Source: Eukaryota sp. TZLM1-RC (taxonomy: Eukaryota; Protista; Metamonada: BaSk clade). Taken from it: 64,000 nt of DNA. The position numbers were made by a program, and so were the translations under genes. Location: assembly GCA_040285825.1 (NCBI GenBank), contig JAUPSS010000009.1, positions 434,001-498,000 of the forward strand, written 5' to 3'. The notes beneath the pieces were generated by a model. The model made no database searches and was not told where the DNA came from. It worked only from the letters and a program-made list of their open reading frames with translations. The first letter of the stretch is position 1. Every line of letters begins with the position of its first letter. Positions 36,308 to 48,376 of the stretch are shown piece after piece.

Positions 36308-36780
36308 CTATAAATCAACATCTAAATAATCCATCTCTCCCAAAACAAAAACACTAGCTACAACATTCTCATAGGGAGATCCAAGAAAAAGCAAAGCATC
36401 AAAAACCATCTTCAACATCCCCTTAAAAAAAGAAAACCCAATTCTATTTTGCCAAAACAATCTGTTGAAATTTCTGTTAGTTCTACTCTTTACAATCAAT
36501 TCAAAATCTGCCAAAGAGCGTATAGCCGTTGGAGCAAGTGAACCAAAAAGAAAAAATACAAATGGATACAAATTGTATTTTGCATGCTGTTGACTGGACA
36601 ATTTGGACGACGGTTCATTGTATTTTTTGATTTTGAAATTTTCAGCATTTGAAAGAGGATTATGAATTTCTGAATTAACAAGCCTTTCATTTGAGGCATT
36701 ACAAGGATCAACAGACAATACATCCACAAAAGTGTATGCTGTATATTTTTGTTTCAGAATTTGAACATGGTCACAACAGC
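36308..36780 (-). mobile_element. Non-LTR retrotransposon REL-endonuclease 3' fragment
   Basis: VDVLSVD..KIKKY..PFVFFLFGSL..FWQNRI; followed by a T-run and AATAAA on the element strand. Confidence 0.8.
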
Positions 36781-37034
36781 AGCAATGGTCAACAGGGATG
36801 CTCGAGACCTGTTTAATTTGAGAATCAAATAACATAATACTTCGATTTCTATTTGAATACGTGCATTATTTAATGAATATAATCCTCTAAACATTATCAC
36901 TACTTTTGGATGAAAGTTTAATTTGAAAAGTACAGATGATTCTAAAAGTCTTAAAATGGCAAATCAACTCAAATGAAAAAATCAAATAAAATGGCCAAGT
37001 TTATCATGTACAATCAACAGAATTATTACAATAT

Positions 37035-37727
37035 TTACAGTTCTGAATCAAACAGAGACTTTACTCTAGCCAAATTGCTTAGTATATCAGTAAAATTGAA
37101 TGTCCTTCTTGACGAACGATAAGGATCATTGAACGATTGACCGTCTAAATGGCGGAGGGACCTTGCTGTTGCAAGATAATAATCATAATGATCCAAGAAA
37201 TACTGCTTCATTCTATCTAAAAAAGGTCCTCGGTAGTTTTCCACCATTTGGATCACAGCAACTCTGAGGGTTTCATGTGCCAACATCTGATTGTATGAAC
37301 GAATCTTATGCGTATCTGTAGTCGATTCCCACCCTGGTTCATTGACTATTGGATTAGAAGTCAGAATTAGACCTTGTATTGATCTCAAACACGACAAAAG
37401 GCTCATTGTGGCCACCCAACCAGGTCCTTGCCACGTCCCGAGAAAACTGACGCAGATTTTACCATCAGCATAAAGATTGGGATTGAACCGAACTCGTCCA
37501 TTGTCAGTTGTTAAGAATTTCATCACTGGTGGATTGAAGGGATAGTCTTCAGGAAATTTGACATCGAAATGAAAGAAGCCATGGGCATAAGGAGTTTCTT
37601 CAGGACCAATGATAATGGCTTCTGCTTCATGAACTGAATCATTCTTTCGCTGTGCCATTATGTGTGGGTCACGTGCCCTGTGTATTGCCACTAGATCGGA
37701 ATTGATGCGGCGAGCAGAAAGTGACAT
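37035..37727 (-). CDS. Ubiquitin-conjugating enzyme E2, UBE2Z/BIRC6-like
   Basis: GPEETPYAHGFF, RFNPNLYADGKICVSFLGTWQGPGW, NEPGWE; likely ATG at 37727. Confidence 0.92.
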   Translation of the reverse strand: MSLSARRINSDLVAIHRARDPHIMAQRKNDSVHEAEAIIIGPEETPYAHGFFHFDVKFPEDYPFNPPVMKFLTTDNGRVRFNPNLYADGKICVSFLGTWQGPGWVATMSLLSCLRSIQGLILTSNPIVNEPGWESTTDTHKIRSYNQMLAHETLRVAVIQMVENYRGPFLDRMKQYFLDHYDYYLATARSLRHLDGQSFNDPYRSSRRTFNFTDILSNLARVKSLFDSEL

Positions 37728-38410
37728 AACTAGAGGTTGGGCAATGGGATTGTATCGATCAAAAATTATGAACTTATTTAAACTTAAAACTTGTTCTATT
37801 ATACTTACCAATTATGGCAACTGCAGAAAGTCTAGATAACCAACATTGAATTCCATACTCTTCTTCTTCCCAATTTGTTCTCTTTCTTGGCAGAGTTTAC
37901 TTGTATTATAGACATGTAGTAGCTGCGACACATTATCACGTACACACAAAAAGAATGATGGAAATGCATGGTCTAACAGATCAACATTTTACGAATTATG
38001 CGTTGTTATGAGTAATTTAATTGAATAATTTCCTAGCAAAATTACATCAAAAGGGGAACTCTGCCGAAGAGTCATTATTTTTGAAGCAACTTTTTCATTA
38101 GGACCCATGAAAACAAACATGTTGTCTGTTTAAATTTCGGATATACATAAACGACCATTTGAATGGCTAAACTTCCTTAGACATCCCAACTTTCGGATCC
38201 ATCCATATGTATATTCAGAATACAACAATGCTCCGCAAAGCTTCATTCATTTACTTAACCATTGATTATGTTGTGTGATGTAAACTTGTATCTTTAAAAA
38301 CCTTCCTCAAAAATGAGAACAAGAATGTACAATCGGAAGACGTAGTGTACCAAAACTACAAAAAAATTGAATAAAAAATATTTACATAAAGAACATTAAA
38401 GAATAAAAAT

Positions 38411-39226
38411 CTAACTCAATGACACTGTGACCTTTCCAATCTTACCCCTTGAACTCAACCCTTTTGGTATCCTTGCCTTCACATGGGGACTTTTCAGTTT
38501 GTCTGGGAACACCCTGCTATCGGTGAAACTACCCAGAAAAGGACATGTAGAGGACTGTAGCCCAGGCAATGGGGAAACTTTATCTGTATCTTGCGTATCA
38601 AGAAACTCAGCATCAGATTGAAGGTCAGAAAGGGAAAGAGCGGAATCCACAGAGTTGTGGGAGGAAGAAAAAGACACTTTGACCCTGGGAAGGTAATCAA
38701 AGAGGCTCTGTTTGGCGGCTAGTTCTGTTTGGAGGTTAGTGTTATCAATTGAAGAGACAGTGAGTGCTTTTAAGGCAGAATTTGCCTGTAATACTCTGGT
38801 ATCATTGATGGTGAGTGATGGATTTCTGGTGATATTCAGATGCTGAAGATAAGACAGCGTGCAGATGCCATGAAGATGACAGAGTTGATTAAAAGAGACA
38901 TTAAGGTACTGTAAATTAGGAGCTTTTTTGAGACCAAATAAAGAAGTGAGTTTGTTATGGCTGAGGTTAAGCGAAGTGAGACTATATAGATCCGTGCTAG
39001 GGTTGAAAAGAGACAGTGAGTTGTGTGAAAGATCTAACTTCTTCAGAGTAGTGCAGAAACATATGTTGTATAGGGAGGTGATGTGATTAAAAGATAGATC
39101 TAGGTGAGTGAGATTGAAGTGGTGCAGAGAATGAACAGAAGTTAATCCATTATGACTGAGGTTGAGTATTTTGATGTCATGGGGACATGCTCTGCCATCT
39201 GGAAGCTTCAGAAGGTCCAGTATCAT
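38411..39226 (-). CDS. Leucine-rich repeat protein (SDS22-like repeats)
   Basis: Six LxxLxLSxNxL repeats. Confidence 0.85.
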   Translation of the reverse strand: MILDLLKLPDGRACPHDIKILNLSHNGLTSVHSLHHFNLTHLDLSFNHITSLYNICFCTTLKKLDLSHNSLSLFNPSTDLYSLTSLNLSHNKLTSLFGLKKAPNLQYLNVSFNQLCHLHGICTLSYLQHLNITRNPSLTINDTRVLQANSALKALTVSSIDNTNLQTELAAKQSLFDYLPRVKVSFSSSHNSVDSALSLSDLQSDAEFLDTQDTDKVSPLPGLQSSTCPFLGSFTDSRVFPDKLKSPHVKARIPKGLSSRGKIGKVTVSLS

Positions 39227-39268
39227 TAGTTACAGATGATGTTCATAACAAAGAAATCAGATTCCTTT

Positions 39269-40500
39269 TTACACTGGTGTAGATGGACTGAGTTTTTGAG
39301 AAGATTTTCTTCTTGTTGCCCTTTTTGAACTGTCATCAACCTTGGCTCTCTGTAGGTATACCGGTCTATCTCCACCCTTTTCATGTGCTTCCATCACTGC
39401 CAACATATTCAGCGAAGCATTCCGATCACAAACTTTCGCATGATTTACACATGGTAAGCCCATGACGAATAGACATCTCATGTCTCTTCCATGTTCTAGG
39501 ATTTCTGCACCATCGGAATGTTTCAACTGCTTTCTCTGCTTTCTTACAGTTGAAACAACAGCAATTGGTTCGAAAATCATCAATCAAAAAGACCTTATAA
39601 CCAGCCTTTTTATAGAATTCTCAAACATTTTTCTTTGGTGAATTTCATGTGTTTTCGTTGTTCCCAGTCTCCGATTCCGTCAACTACTTGACCTGGATCA
39701 CCAATTACTGATTTGAATCTCAGAATCATCTTCGCCTCAGATCTTGTGCGATTAATCTCAGCCCACCATCTTAGTTTCCTAAATTTTGATGATAGACTTC
39801 ACCAACAATGCTATTCACAAAATTCTTTTGTTTAATATATGCCATAAATCTATCAATCCTGCAGCTTTTGGAATTGAATTGGGATAAAGTTGCTTCCCAT
39901 TCTGCTACAGATTTAGTCGTGTGATCATCATTTCTCAAATTTAATGAATAATCAATTTCGTGGGGAATATTGATTTCTGGAGGTACTTTTCCTCTTAATA
40001 AACTAATAGTTCTTTCAGTCATTTGATTAATTTTACTGCTGTTTAAATCCATTCTTCGTTGTTGCTCTTCAGATGGATCATAATTGGATAGATCAATTAC
40101 TCTACCAGTGGAGTTACTTATTGTGATAAGAGTGTCATTCCGTATGCTGTCTCTTATTCTTTTGAATTTGGAACTTTTCGACTCAAATCTTTGTTGATTT
40201 TGAGTGTACCTGAAATGAACATATTTATCTCTCTGAGTTTTTTTGAATGCGTCATTGCAGTAGCTAAATTGGCAGAAAAATAGAGTAGATCAGATTTCCC
40301 TGGATCAGTAGCAGCAAGGGTCATATCTTGGAATTCAGAAGGATTGATGTTGGGGTCATCAATATATTTTTCTTTATCCTTCAATTCTTTTGCAGTTACT
40401 TTGTATTTTTTCAAGTCCATTCTAGATTGAATAAAACTTACTGCTATTCCATCAATCTCGATACTAGACATGAAGAACTTGGAATTTTCTGAATAAAGTC
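39269..40500 (-). pseudogene. Second Fanzor1 family (virus-like type), 5'-truncated and frameshifted
   Basis: SIEIDGIAVS, ATDPGKSDLL, RKLRWWAEINRTRSEAKM, GIGDWEQ, KAGYKVFLIDDFRTNCCCFNC, RNPR.W..HGLTMCKSC, DRNASLNM..G.RPVYLQR. Confidence 0.9.
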
Positions 40501-41029
40501 TTCAACCACTAATAGAAACCACATCACCTAAGCCTGAAAAATTATTTAATTTCTTAAATGAATAGTCTCATTTTATTGAATCTAGAATGGCAATTCTTGT
40601 CAATCAGATTTAATTGAGTCCAATTCAATAAAATTTACAATTAAGGCGATTTAGTGGTAGGGCTGTAGTTTGGCGGGGCTGCATTGTAGATGTTTTCAAT
40701 GTAAGAACTCTGATTGGCATGGCTCTGAACTAGAGCCCATCCCAAAAATAGAAAACGTTTTAATTTTATTTATAAAATAAAAATCATCTAGTTTGGTGTG
40801 ACCTCTGACAAGAACAAATCATCATCATCATCTTCAAGAAGTTCACAAGGTAATTTGAAAGCAAATAAAGGTGAGGGCAGATTTGTCAAAAAGACACATA
40901 AAAATTATAGAAATATCAGAAAATGAATCTACTCATCTTTTCTTTCGATTATACAAAGACAGTATTAGTTGTATTGGAACGCAATTTCAAAGGAGCAAGT
41001 TCCTGAAGAATTAAATAATGCCCAAGAAT

Positions 41030-41140
41030 TCGTCACGCGAAAGTCTGTGAAAAGAGATCGAAATGCTTCGCTGAATATCTTGACAGTGATGGAATCACAT
41101 ACAAGTGGTGGTAAACCAGTATACCTACAGAGAGACTGGA
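41030..41140 (+). pseudogene. Inverted Fanzor C-terminal fragment related to 39269-39430
   Basis: RDRNASLNILTVMESHTSGGKPVYLQR. Confidence 0.75.
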
Positions 41141-41199
41141 TCCAAAAGTTCAAAGGAGAGAAGGCGTTGATGAGAAATTCATAACCTCCAAAAATCACC

Positions 41200-41831
41200 A
41201 TGGAAACCACGAGCCTCACAGGTAACACTCGTTCACGCTTTGTTGATTACACCAATGTTCTCCGTAGAGTTGACAAGAACCATTTCTATATTGCCGGTGG
41301 TGTCTGTGCTGCAGTTATCTTGCTCATCATCATAATCAGTGCCGTTTCCGGATCAATCCAGGAACCCTACTTTCAATTAAAGGATGATGATTATGGTCAC
41401 ATCATGTCTTTCGACGTCAAGAATGGGAAGTACCACTATTCCACTCCTGAAGTCACTGAACTTTTGGTATCAGGCGTTCTTCATACTCTCCAAGCCAGTG
41501 ATCCTAATTCAATGTGCTTCAAGTCAGAAGATATGGATGCTGAACTCGCTCAAAAACTTGTAGACATGGTCACTATTCCCAAAGATGCTGAAAAGACAGG
41601 CAAGAAGACACTCATGGCTACTCAATGTACAGTGTACGCTCACGGTGATTACGTATGGTGCGTCAACAATAAGGGATTCATTATCGAGTCTTGTTATAAT
41701 GGTTTGTACTCTATTTAAATCTAACAACAGATTCTTGTAGCAAATTCTTTGATCATCGCAAATTGAAGAAAAATGATGACCGTTTTAATGTTGACAAGCT
41801 TTGCGAAAATGGCTTCCATGACCAAAACTAA
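41200..41831 (+). CDS. Type II single-pass membrane protein; 29-nt intron 41702-41730
   Basis: N-terminal TM helix, Cys-containing ectodomain; GTTTGT..CTAACAACAG intron extends the ORF to TAA 41831. Confidence 0.75.
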
Positions 41832-42390
41832 TTAGCAAATTTATTGTAACTATTGTGTTATTACTAAAGTATATTATGTAGTTGTTTTTATCTCAACAAC
41901 CGTTTTATATTGTGATAAGGCTGTTATAGATTTGATGTCTCATCATTGGGTGGTGCGAGAGGAATTTCTGCTGGTAGAAATTATAGTAAGAATCTTGGTT
42001 CATTAATCAAAAGCTAAAATATTAATTTCAACTATTTTGTTCTGAAATTCATCAAATGCTCCTGTATCAGTGCTTGAGTTGAACTATCTCAGACCCAAAC
42101 ACTCTTCGAATATACTATTATTTAATATGTTTTTCAAGAATTTTTAGTTAGGGTTAACCATCCAGGCTTGTTGTTTGTCGAAATTTTTTATGAATTCTCA
42201 AATCTTATCAAATCCAATTACACTAATACAAAAATTGGGAGGTTTTACAAGTCTTTAAAGGAGAAATCCATTATTATACCTGATAATGGGTTTAATTTTT
42301 TTAACTAAATTTTTATTGTTATAAAATACTGTCTAATATTCAATACCCTCCAAACAAGCATCACTATTATTAAACCTACTCACAGCAATT

Positions 42391-43330
42391 TCACTCATAT
42401 TCTACACTTATAGCTAAAACAGATTTAGAAATCATTGTTGGAATAGACTTGAAAATGCAAAAAACAATTCTAACCAGAAAGAGGAATATTTCTTTATGAG
42501 ATCTAATTTGCAAAACTGTCTTAAAATTTTCAAAAAAACAGTGCAATCCTGATGGACCATTATTGTCAGAAGGAGAAGTAGCATTCGGCACAAACTGATA
42601 ATTCACATGTTCGACTCTACCTGAAAATGCCAATGGTTCTTCATATTTTTTCATTTTACTTTTTTCGGAGTTAGATAGTGGCAATTTTTTTTAATAGCAG
42701 CAGAATTTTTGCAGACATCGATTGAGAGAATATCGACAAGGTTGAGAACACCATCGAGCGCTGGAGCAACTAAATCTGCCCTTCTTTCACCAAAAGGATC
42801 GTCAGTTTGATTCGGAGATAGCTTACGTACTAACGGTTCAATAAAAGCCTCAATATTGAAACTTTTACGCATAGCATACAATTGATCACGAACTGAATCA
42901 TGAACATTTGAGCGATAGGTAATAAAATATTTGCAGTTTAAAATATCTGAAAGTGTAACCACATTCTTACAGCGACAAATTAAATCATTTGGTAACGAGC
43001 AAGGCCATAAGAAACATCTCACTCTCATAGCTGTAATCCATTGGTGATCATTGAGTAGAAGCTGTAAATGTTGGCAATTTCGGAGATTAGGCAACTTTGA
43101 GCAACTGTCTTCAAGATCAATCAAAAAGTTTGCAAAAACGGGATTTTTTTCTTTAGCCAAGCTAAGACGTACAATATAATCCAAGTTTTCTAAGATTATT
43201 TTCTGCAATTTTGCAAAAGTCAGTGGTAAGGAGAGCAAGCTTCTTGAAGGAAGTTCCACAATAGAGGAAAAACATTGCTCAATATCCTGTTGCAAAGAAA
43301 TAAGAAACATTTCAAAAATTGGTGCAGAAA
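42391..43330 (-). mobile_element. Non-LTR retrotransposon 3' fragment (Zn knuckle plus REL)
   Basis: CRC..ILNC..HDSVRD, EP, RRADLV, VDILSID. Confidence 0.85.
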
Positions 43331-43429
43331 AATAGAATCGATGTTATGCTCAATCATCCAATGTCAAAATCCTGAACAAAATTAGTTGAGAAATAATTTA
43401 TGCTTCGAACATTAAAAAAACGAATGACC

Positions 43430-44340
43430 AAAATGTTTGAGATATAAAAGTAAAAAATGATAAAAAAAATGTATGAAGATGATTCTTTTGAAAATTTATG
43501 CAACCCGGCTGTTTTAGATCAAGATCTCTATTCATTACTATCCGAAAAAGATGTATGCGAGAACAAGTCAGCAGATTCACTACTACTCACAATTGTGTCG
43601 TAAAGGTTGGGCTATCAGAATTTTCACTGTTTGTGACCAATGTACCACGAAGATTTGAAATTTGTGCTTATAATAATCCTTTTGTAGCAAAAATGAGATT
43701 TTATCTGAATATCCCTATTGACGAACTTCTATTAAATGAAACATGTGTTTGTTCTAATTCTTTGCAGTTCACTTTACGTTATGCGTTTAATTGCCCCAAA
43801 TTGACAACTTATCGTTCCTCAATACATGAAGCTGTCAAGGACACTGTGTTTAATATGGCAAGAAATGCAAGATTACCGTGTATTAAGGAGTCGTTGCTTA
43901 GAGAAATACTGTCATTTAACTCTGAAGCTGTTGTTGATTTTGTCTCCTGTAAGGTTGCAAGTGACACTTTTGTTCAAAGAAAGAACCTTAATCCTGTAAA
44001 TGCTCTTGAAAATAAAGCGAATGAAAAACATAGAAAATATGACAAGGATATCAAAGAAGCTCATGCTGATAGAAACAAACCATTTATTTTTATGTTTTGC
44101 CATTTTCTAAAACCGAAGACTATCAGTAGAAGCAGGAACTTTTTTGAATGATTTCCAAAAAATAGTTCAAGAAAAAACAATGAAAAGAATTGGTATCTTC
44201 TGGTGGCGGTCGCTTATTCAATTTGCTATAATTAATAGATTACCTCTTTTTTTACAAATAGATAGAAGCAATAGCAAGAGAACAAATAGATCAGGATTTT
44301 GTAGAAGAAATCTTGGCTCTATGAAGTTGGACCTATGAGT
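43430..44340 (+). mobile_element. Non-LTR retrotransposon 3' fragment (family of 18986-20499)
   Basis: MRFYLNIP..CVCSN..HEAVKD..KHRKYDKDI, close paralogue of 19819-20499. Confidence 0.85.
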
Positions 44341-44977
44341 TATAATTTCATTTTAGTAAGTTTTGTAGATCAATAAAATAAAACTATCTATCAATGAAGG
44401 ATTTTAATGAAATGTTGATTGAAGTTCACTATTCCATGGTCGTCGATCTATCAGTTCCCCCACTATCCCACTACTCCAACCGCCGTAGCAGAGGCAAATG
44501 TGCTCGAGTGTTTTGGTAAAGGGATATTTCTCCATAGAGAAGTCAGTGGAAGATTGAAAGTGTACTTTTTTAACCCAATATTTTAAGCATTCAGAAGACC
44601 TCAGAAAAAGTCTCCAAATCCTACCTGTTTTGATTTGAGTCAACAAAAATTTGATTGTTGAAGTTAGGACTGTGAATGGGGTTGAATTATTGGAAATTGA
44701 CTTCAACATTTTAGAGAAGGTTTGCATTTCTAGTGAATTCTTTTTTAGATCCATTGAGATGTCGTAGCAATGTTAACCCTATTTGTTACCTTCGACAGGG
44801 CTTTGATTCATGCTGTAATTTAATAGAATTAATTTATTCAATCTTTTTTCGATGTTGTGATGGTTAAAAAAGCGACATTATTCCATAAATATAGACCATA
44901 AATGTTGAGAATTTGGGAGATTAGGCAACTTGAGCTACTATCTTCAAGATCAATCAAAAAGTTTGCAAAAAAGGATT

Positions 44978-47040
44978 GGGACAACACCAAAATCCACACG
45001 TACCACAATTTTTAATCAAAATCCACAAACATTTCTCAAAGTAATTTTCACAATCCACATCATCCAGAACCTGTGATGAAAATCCACATATGACGTGACC
45101 CAAATCTTTTCAAGTTGGTTGATCAAAATCATCTTTATTGAACACCTCTATTCAACTGCTTCTTATGAAACAATAAACTATTGATTAGGACAACCTCTTT
45201 TGTTATGGTTTACTTCTCCACATAAACCACACTTATAAATGCGTTTCTGAGCTGGCTCTAATGAAGTTTGAGATCTTCTGGGCTTACTTCCTGATTTTTT
45301 CTCTCTTGCATTCCTCATACGAACTTTCTTGGGTCTGCCCACTCTCGGCTTGGCAATTGGAGGTCCGCTAACATTTACTTCCGGTGCTCTTTCATCAGAT
45401 TCAACGTTACTCTCCAACGTAACATCATCAACAGATAATATTCTCCCCTCGTAGGCACGTAAATACCATAAAGAAGAGTGCTGTGGTGCACAGTATTCAA
45501 TTCCTCTTGAACCGTTCCTTGTCAAAAACATCAGCAAGTGAGCACATGGAATTCCTTCTTTCCCATCACAGCAACTACAACTCTTTTCCTCAATATCAAC
45601 GTTGAACACTCTACCACTGTCTATGACCTCAAACTCATCGTCATCAACTTCAATAGATCTTAAGTCACGCAACAACATCAACCTCTCCTCAAGATTCTTA
45701 ACAGCTCTTGGAACTAAAGGGAATTCAATCATTGCTCTTGCTTCTTTTCGTCTTGATACAAACCATCTTCCAAGCATTGCTCTGATACTATCAAACATTT
45801 GAACAATAGGTTGTTCTCTGGCTTCGTTGATAGCAGCATTGAGTGATTCCACGACGTTACTTGTGGTATGTCCCCACCTGTTTCCAGGAAAAATACACTC
45901 GACCCAATGTTGAGGATCTGCCGTCTTCTCGATATATTCCGCTGCCGTCTGTGAGACAATCGCCATTTCTTTTAGAATATCGTTGTAGTCATTGAGATTT
46001 TTTACTTTTGCTAGTCGAAAAATAAAGGGCCTAGCTTTTTTTGATCCTTTACCTGTTGCATTATCAGCAAGATGTTTTACACAGAATGCATGAGGACATC
46101 CAGGAAGTACAGCCTCCACTGCATTGATCAGACCTTTTTGCCGATCAGAAATGATTGAAGTACATGAGATAACAAATATGTTGCGAAGATGATCTAGAAC
46201 CCACGACCAAGTTGCTGTATTTTCAGTATCAACAACTCCAAACGCTAGAGGGAATGTCTGTCCATTTGCGTCAATTGTTGCAGCTACCAAGATTGTTCCA
46301 AGATACTGATTTTTGATGAAACAGCCGTCCAACTCGATCACAGGTTTACAATATTGCTGACCAGTAATGGATGCTGAAGACGCCAAAAAGCAACGACTAA
46401 AACGATCATCATCACCTGCTTCAACAAAAGCCACAGTTCCTGGCATTTTCTGTTTCAAACGTTCGAACTAACGAGGTAGTAGGCTGAAGGACTTCTCCTT
46501 GTCTCCATATAACAACATTTGTGCTTCTTTTACCACTCTAGAACATGCGTTATGATTGATTGGCATGTCAGACATCCTTTCCATTCTAGTTGGAGATACT
46601 GGTCCACAACGTCTGAAATCCTCTTTCAACATAAGAGCCACAATTTTCGCAGGAACGTGATTTTTTGATTGTGCTTGACAAGGTGTGTTGTGCTCCACGA
46701 ACTTCGTAACAATCCAAACATCGCAATCAAGAGACGTAGCAATAAAACGAAAGGGACACTTCTCATCATCACACTTGATTTCCCAGCGGGTCTTGTTGTT
46801 ATTTTGAGCAGGAGAGAACTCTTTGTTGATTTCAATACCATATTGATGCAGAGTTGTTATCATTTTGTCACGAGATTCGAAAGTATCGTTCACTGAGATG
46901 GATATAGGTTCAGAAGCTTTAAGTTTATTAAGATTAAGAGCAATAGTCATTTTTGTGGTTTTTGATGAAAAAGATGGGACTAATGTTGCTGTGGATTTTG
47001 ATGGAAATTGATTTAATCATGTGGATTTTGGTGTTTTCCC
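44978..47040 (-). mobile_element. Mutator-like (MULE) DNA transposon, ~23-bp TIRs, 9-bp TSD AAAAGGATT
   Basis: Left end GGGACAACACCAAAATCCAC; right end reverse-complements to GGGAAAACACCAAAATCCAC; TSD 44969-44977 and 47041-47049; subterminal AAAATCCACA repeats. Confidence 0.93.
45178..46950 (-). pseudogene. MuDR-type transposase with one in-frame TAG (46468-46470)
   Basis: MuDR N-domain, LDG..D.NGQ.FPLAF, ISDRQKGL, CVKH, TSNVVES.N, SWIM CSC..PCAH, C-terminal CGLC..H..C. Confidence 0.92.
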
Positions 47041-47532
47041 AAAAGGATTTTATTCTTTAGCCAAGCTAAGACGAAAAATATAATCCAAGTTTTCCAAAAC
47101 TTTTTAAGATTTCCTTCTGCAATTTTGCAGAAGTCAAAGGTAAGGAGAGCTTCTTGAAGGAACTTCCACATTATCAGAAGGAAAACATTGATACCAGATA
47201 TTTGGTGAAAAAGAATTTCAATTTCCTGTTGTAGAGAATTAAGATAAGAGCTGTCACAATTTTCAATGAGATCGATTTTGTTTGGAAGGCGATTCACAAA
47301 TTCAGAGATAAAATTTTTGCCACCTCCAATAAATGCAGCTTTACAAAGGTAGTTTGAATTATGAAAATCAACACCACCAAGATCTGTACCACAAAAAATG
47401 TGGCTTTGTAATTGAAATGCATCAATTTCAAATAATTTTGCTAAAAAATTGGTCCTTTGTGATTAAAATACCCGATAATGTGTTTAAATTAAGAGTGTAT
47501 AAAAGAACTAAAACTAACAAAAGATTGAAAAA

Positions 47533-48342
47533 CTAAATAAACGCATTAACAAAGTCCTGCTCAACTACATGTCTTTCTGGAGATGATACGACCAAAGAAT
47601 GTAAAGGAGCACCAAAATCAAAAGTACTTACAGAGTTGAAGTCACCAGCCTTGATCATTTGATCTTTGGCTCCAATACGAGCTACTCCGACAAATAGAGT
47701 AGAATCAGTAATGACCCCAAGCTTAAGTGTTTCTTCCAATTCCATCATTTGCTCCATAGCCTGATTAACCGTCATAAAACGAGGAGGTTCGTATTCTACT
47801 TTTTTACCTCCAGAACAAAGAGAAGCCAGTGTTGGTTCTTTCACCTTAATGTCAAGGAGACAAAGTGTATGTAGTCCTGCTGACATATTCTGGGCGATAC
47901 GCTGATAAAATGAGTCAGGCTTCCAAGAATCTGTGAAGAACGGAATTGTGACAGTATGTCCAAATTTGTAAAGGTCAAGTCCACAGCAAGCAACCGCGGA
48001 AACGATAGAAGCATTATGAAAAACTTCTACTTCAATTCCCAGTGACTTGGCTCTCAGGACTATATCATGATGTGTAGTGGCACAGAATGGATCTCCCACC
48101 ACAAGAAACGCAATGTTTTCCTTCAAAGCACGGTTGACTATTTCGTTGTTATCGCCTTCAACAAGTTCTCGGTCTGCTTGAACAACAGGAACTCCATAAA
48201 AGTCTTCAAGATTATCAGCATTATCAACAAAGATTGAGGTGTAGGCATCAAGATAAACACAAGAGCAAGTGCGTATCGATTCAAGAGCACGAACTGTTAT
48301 ATCCTTCTCATTACCAAGACCAAGACCAACAACAAATAGCAT
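47533..48342 (-). CDS. DPH5: Diphthine methyl ester synthase
   Basis: [51 protein letters not shown]. Confidence 0.97.
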   Translation of the reverse strand: MLFVVGLGLGNEKDITVRALESIRTCSCVYLDAYTSIFVDNADNLEDFYGVPVVQADRELVEGDNNEIVNRALKENIAFLVVGDPFCATTHHDIVLRAKSLGIEVEVFHNASIVSAVACCGLDLYKFGHTVTIPFFTDSWKPDSFYQRIAQNMSAGLHTLCLLDIKVKEPTLASLCSGGKKVEYEPPRFMTVNQAMEQMMELEETLKLGVITDSTLFVGVARIGAKDQMIKAGDFNSVSTFDFGAPLHSLVVSSPERHVVEQDFVNAFI

Positions 48343-48376
48343 CAGAAGATTTTATTTTCAAAATCACTATTATACA

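Larger units (their letters stand above)
44900..47330 (-). mobile_element. Non-LTR fragment (42391 family) interrupted by the MULE
   Basis: 44920-44977 plus 47050-47170 reconstitute the sequence seen intact at 43085-43260. Confidence 0.8.

Noticed and set aside
40700-40755. Sm site (ATTTTTG) plus hairpin suggesting a U snRNA on the minus strand
   Set aside because: The upstream sequence is unstructured AT-rich DNA without U1/U2/U4/U5 motifs
46468-46470. Stop-codon reassignment suggested by the in-frame TAG in the MULE transposase
   Set aside because: Conserved genes (ThrRS, NIP7, DPH5, TTC1) end at TAG at their expected C-termini, and other genes end at TAA
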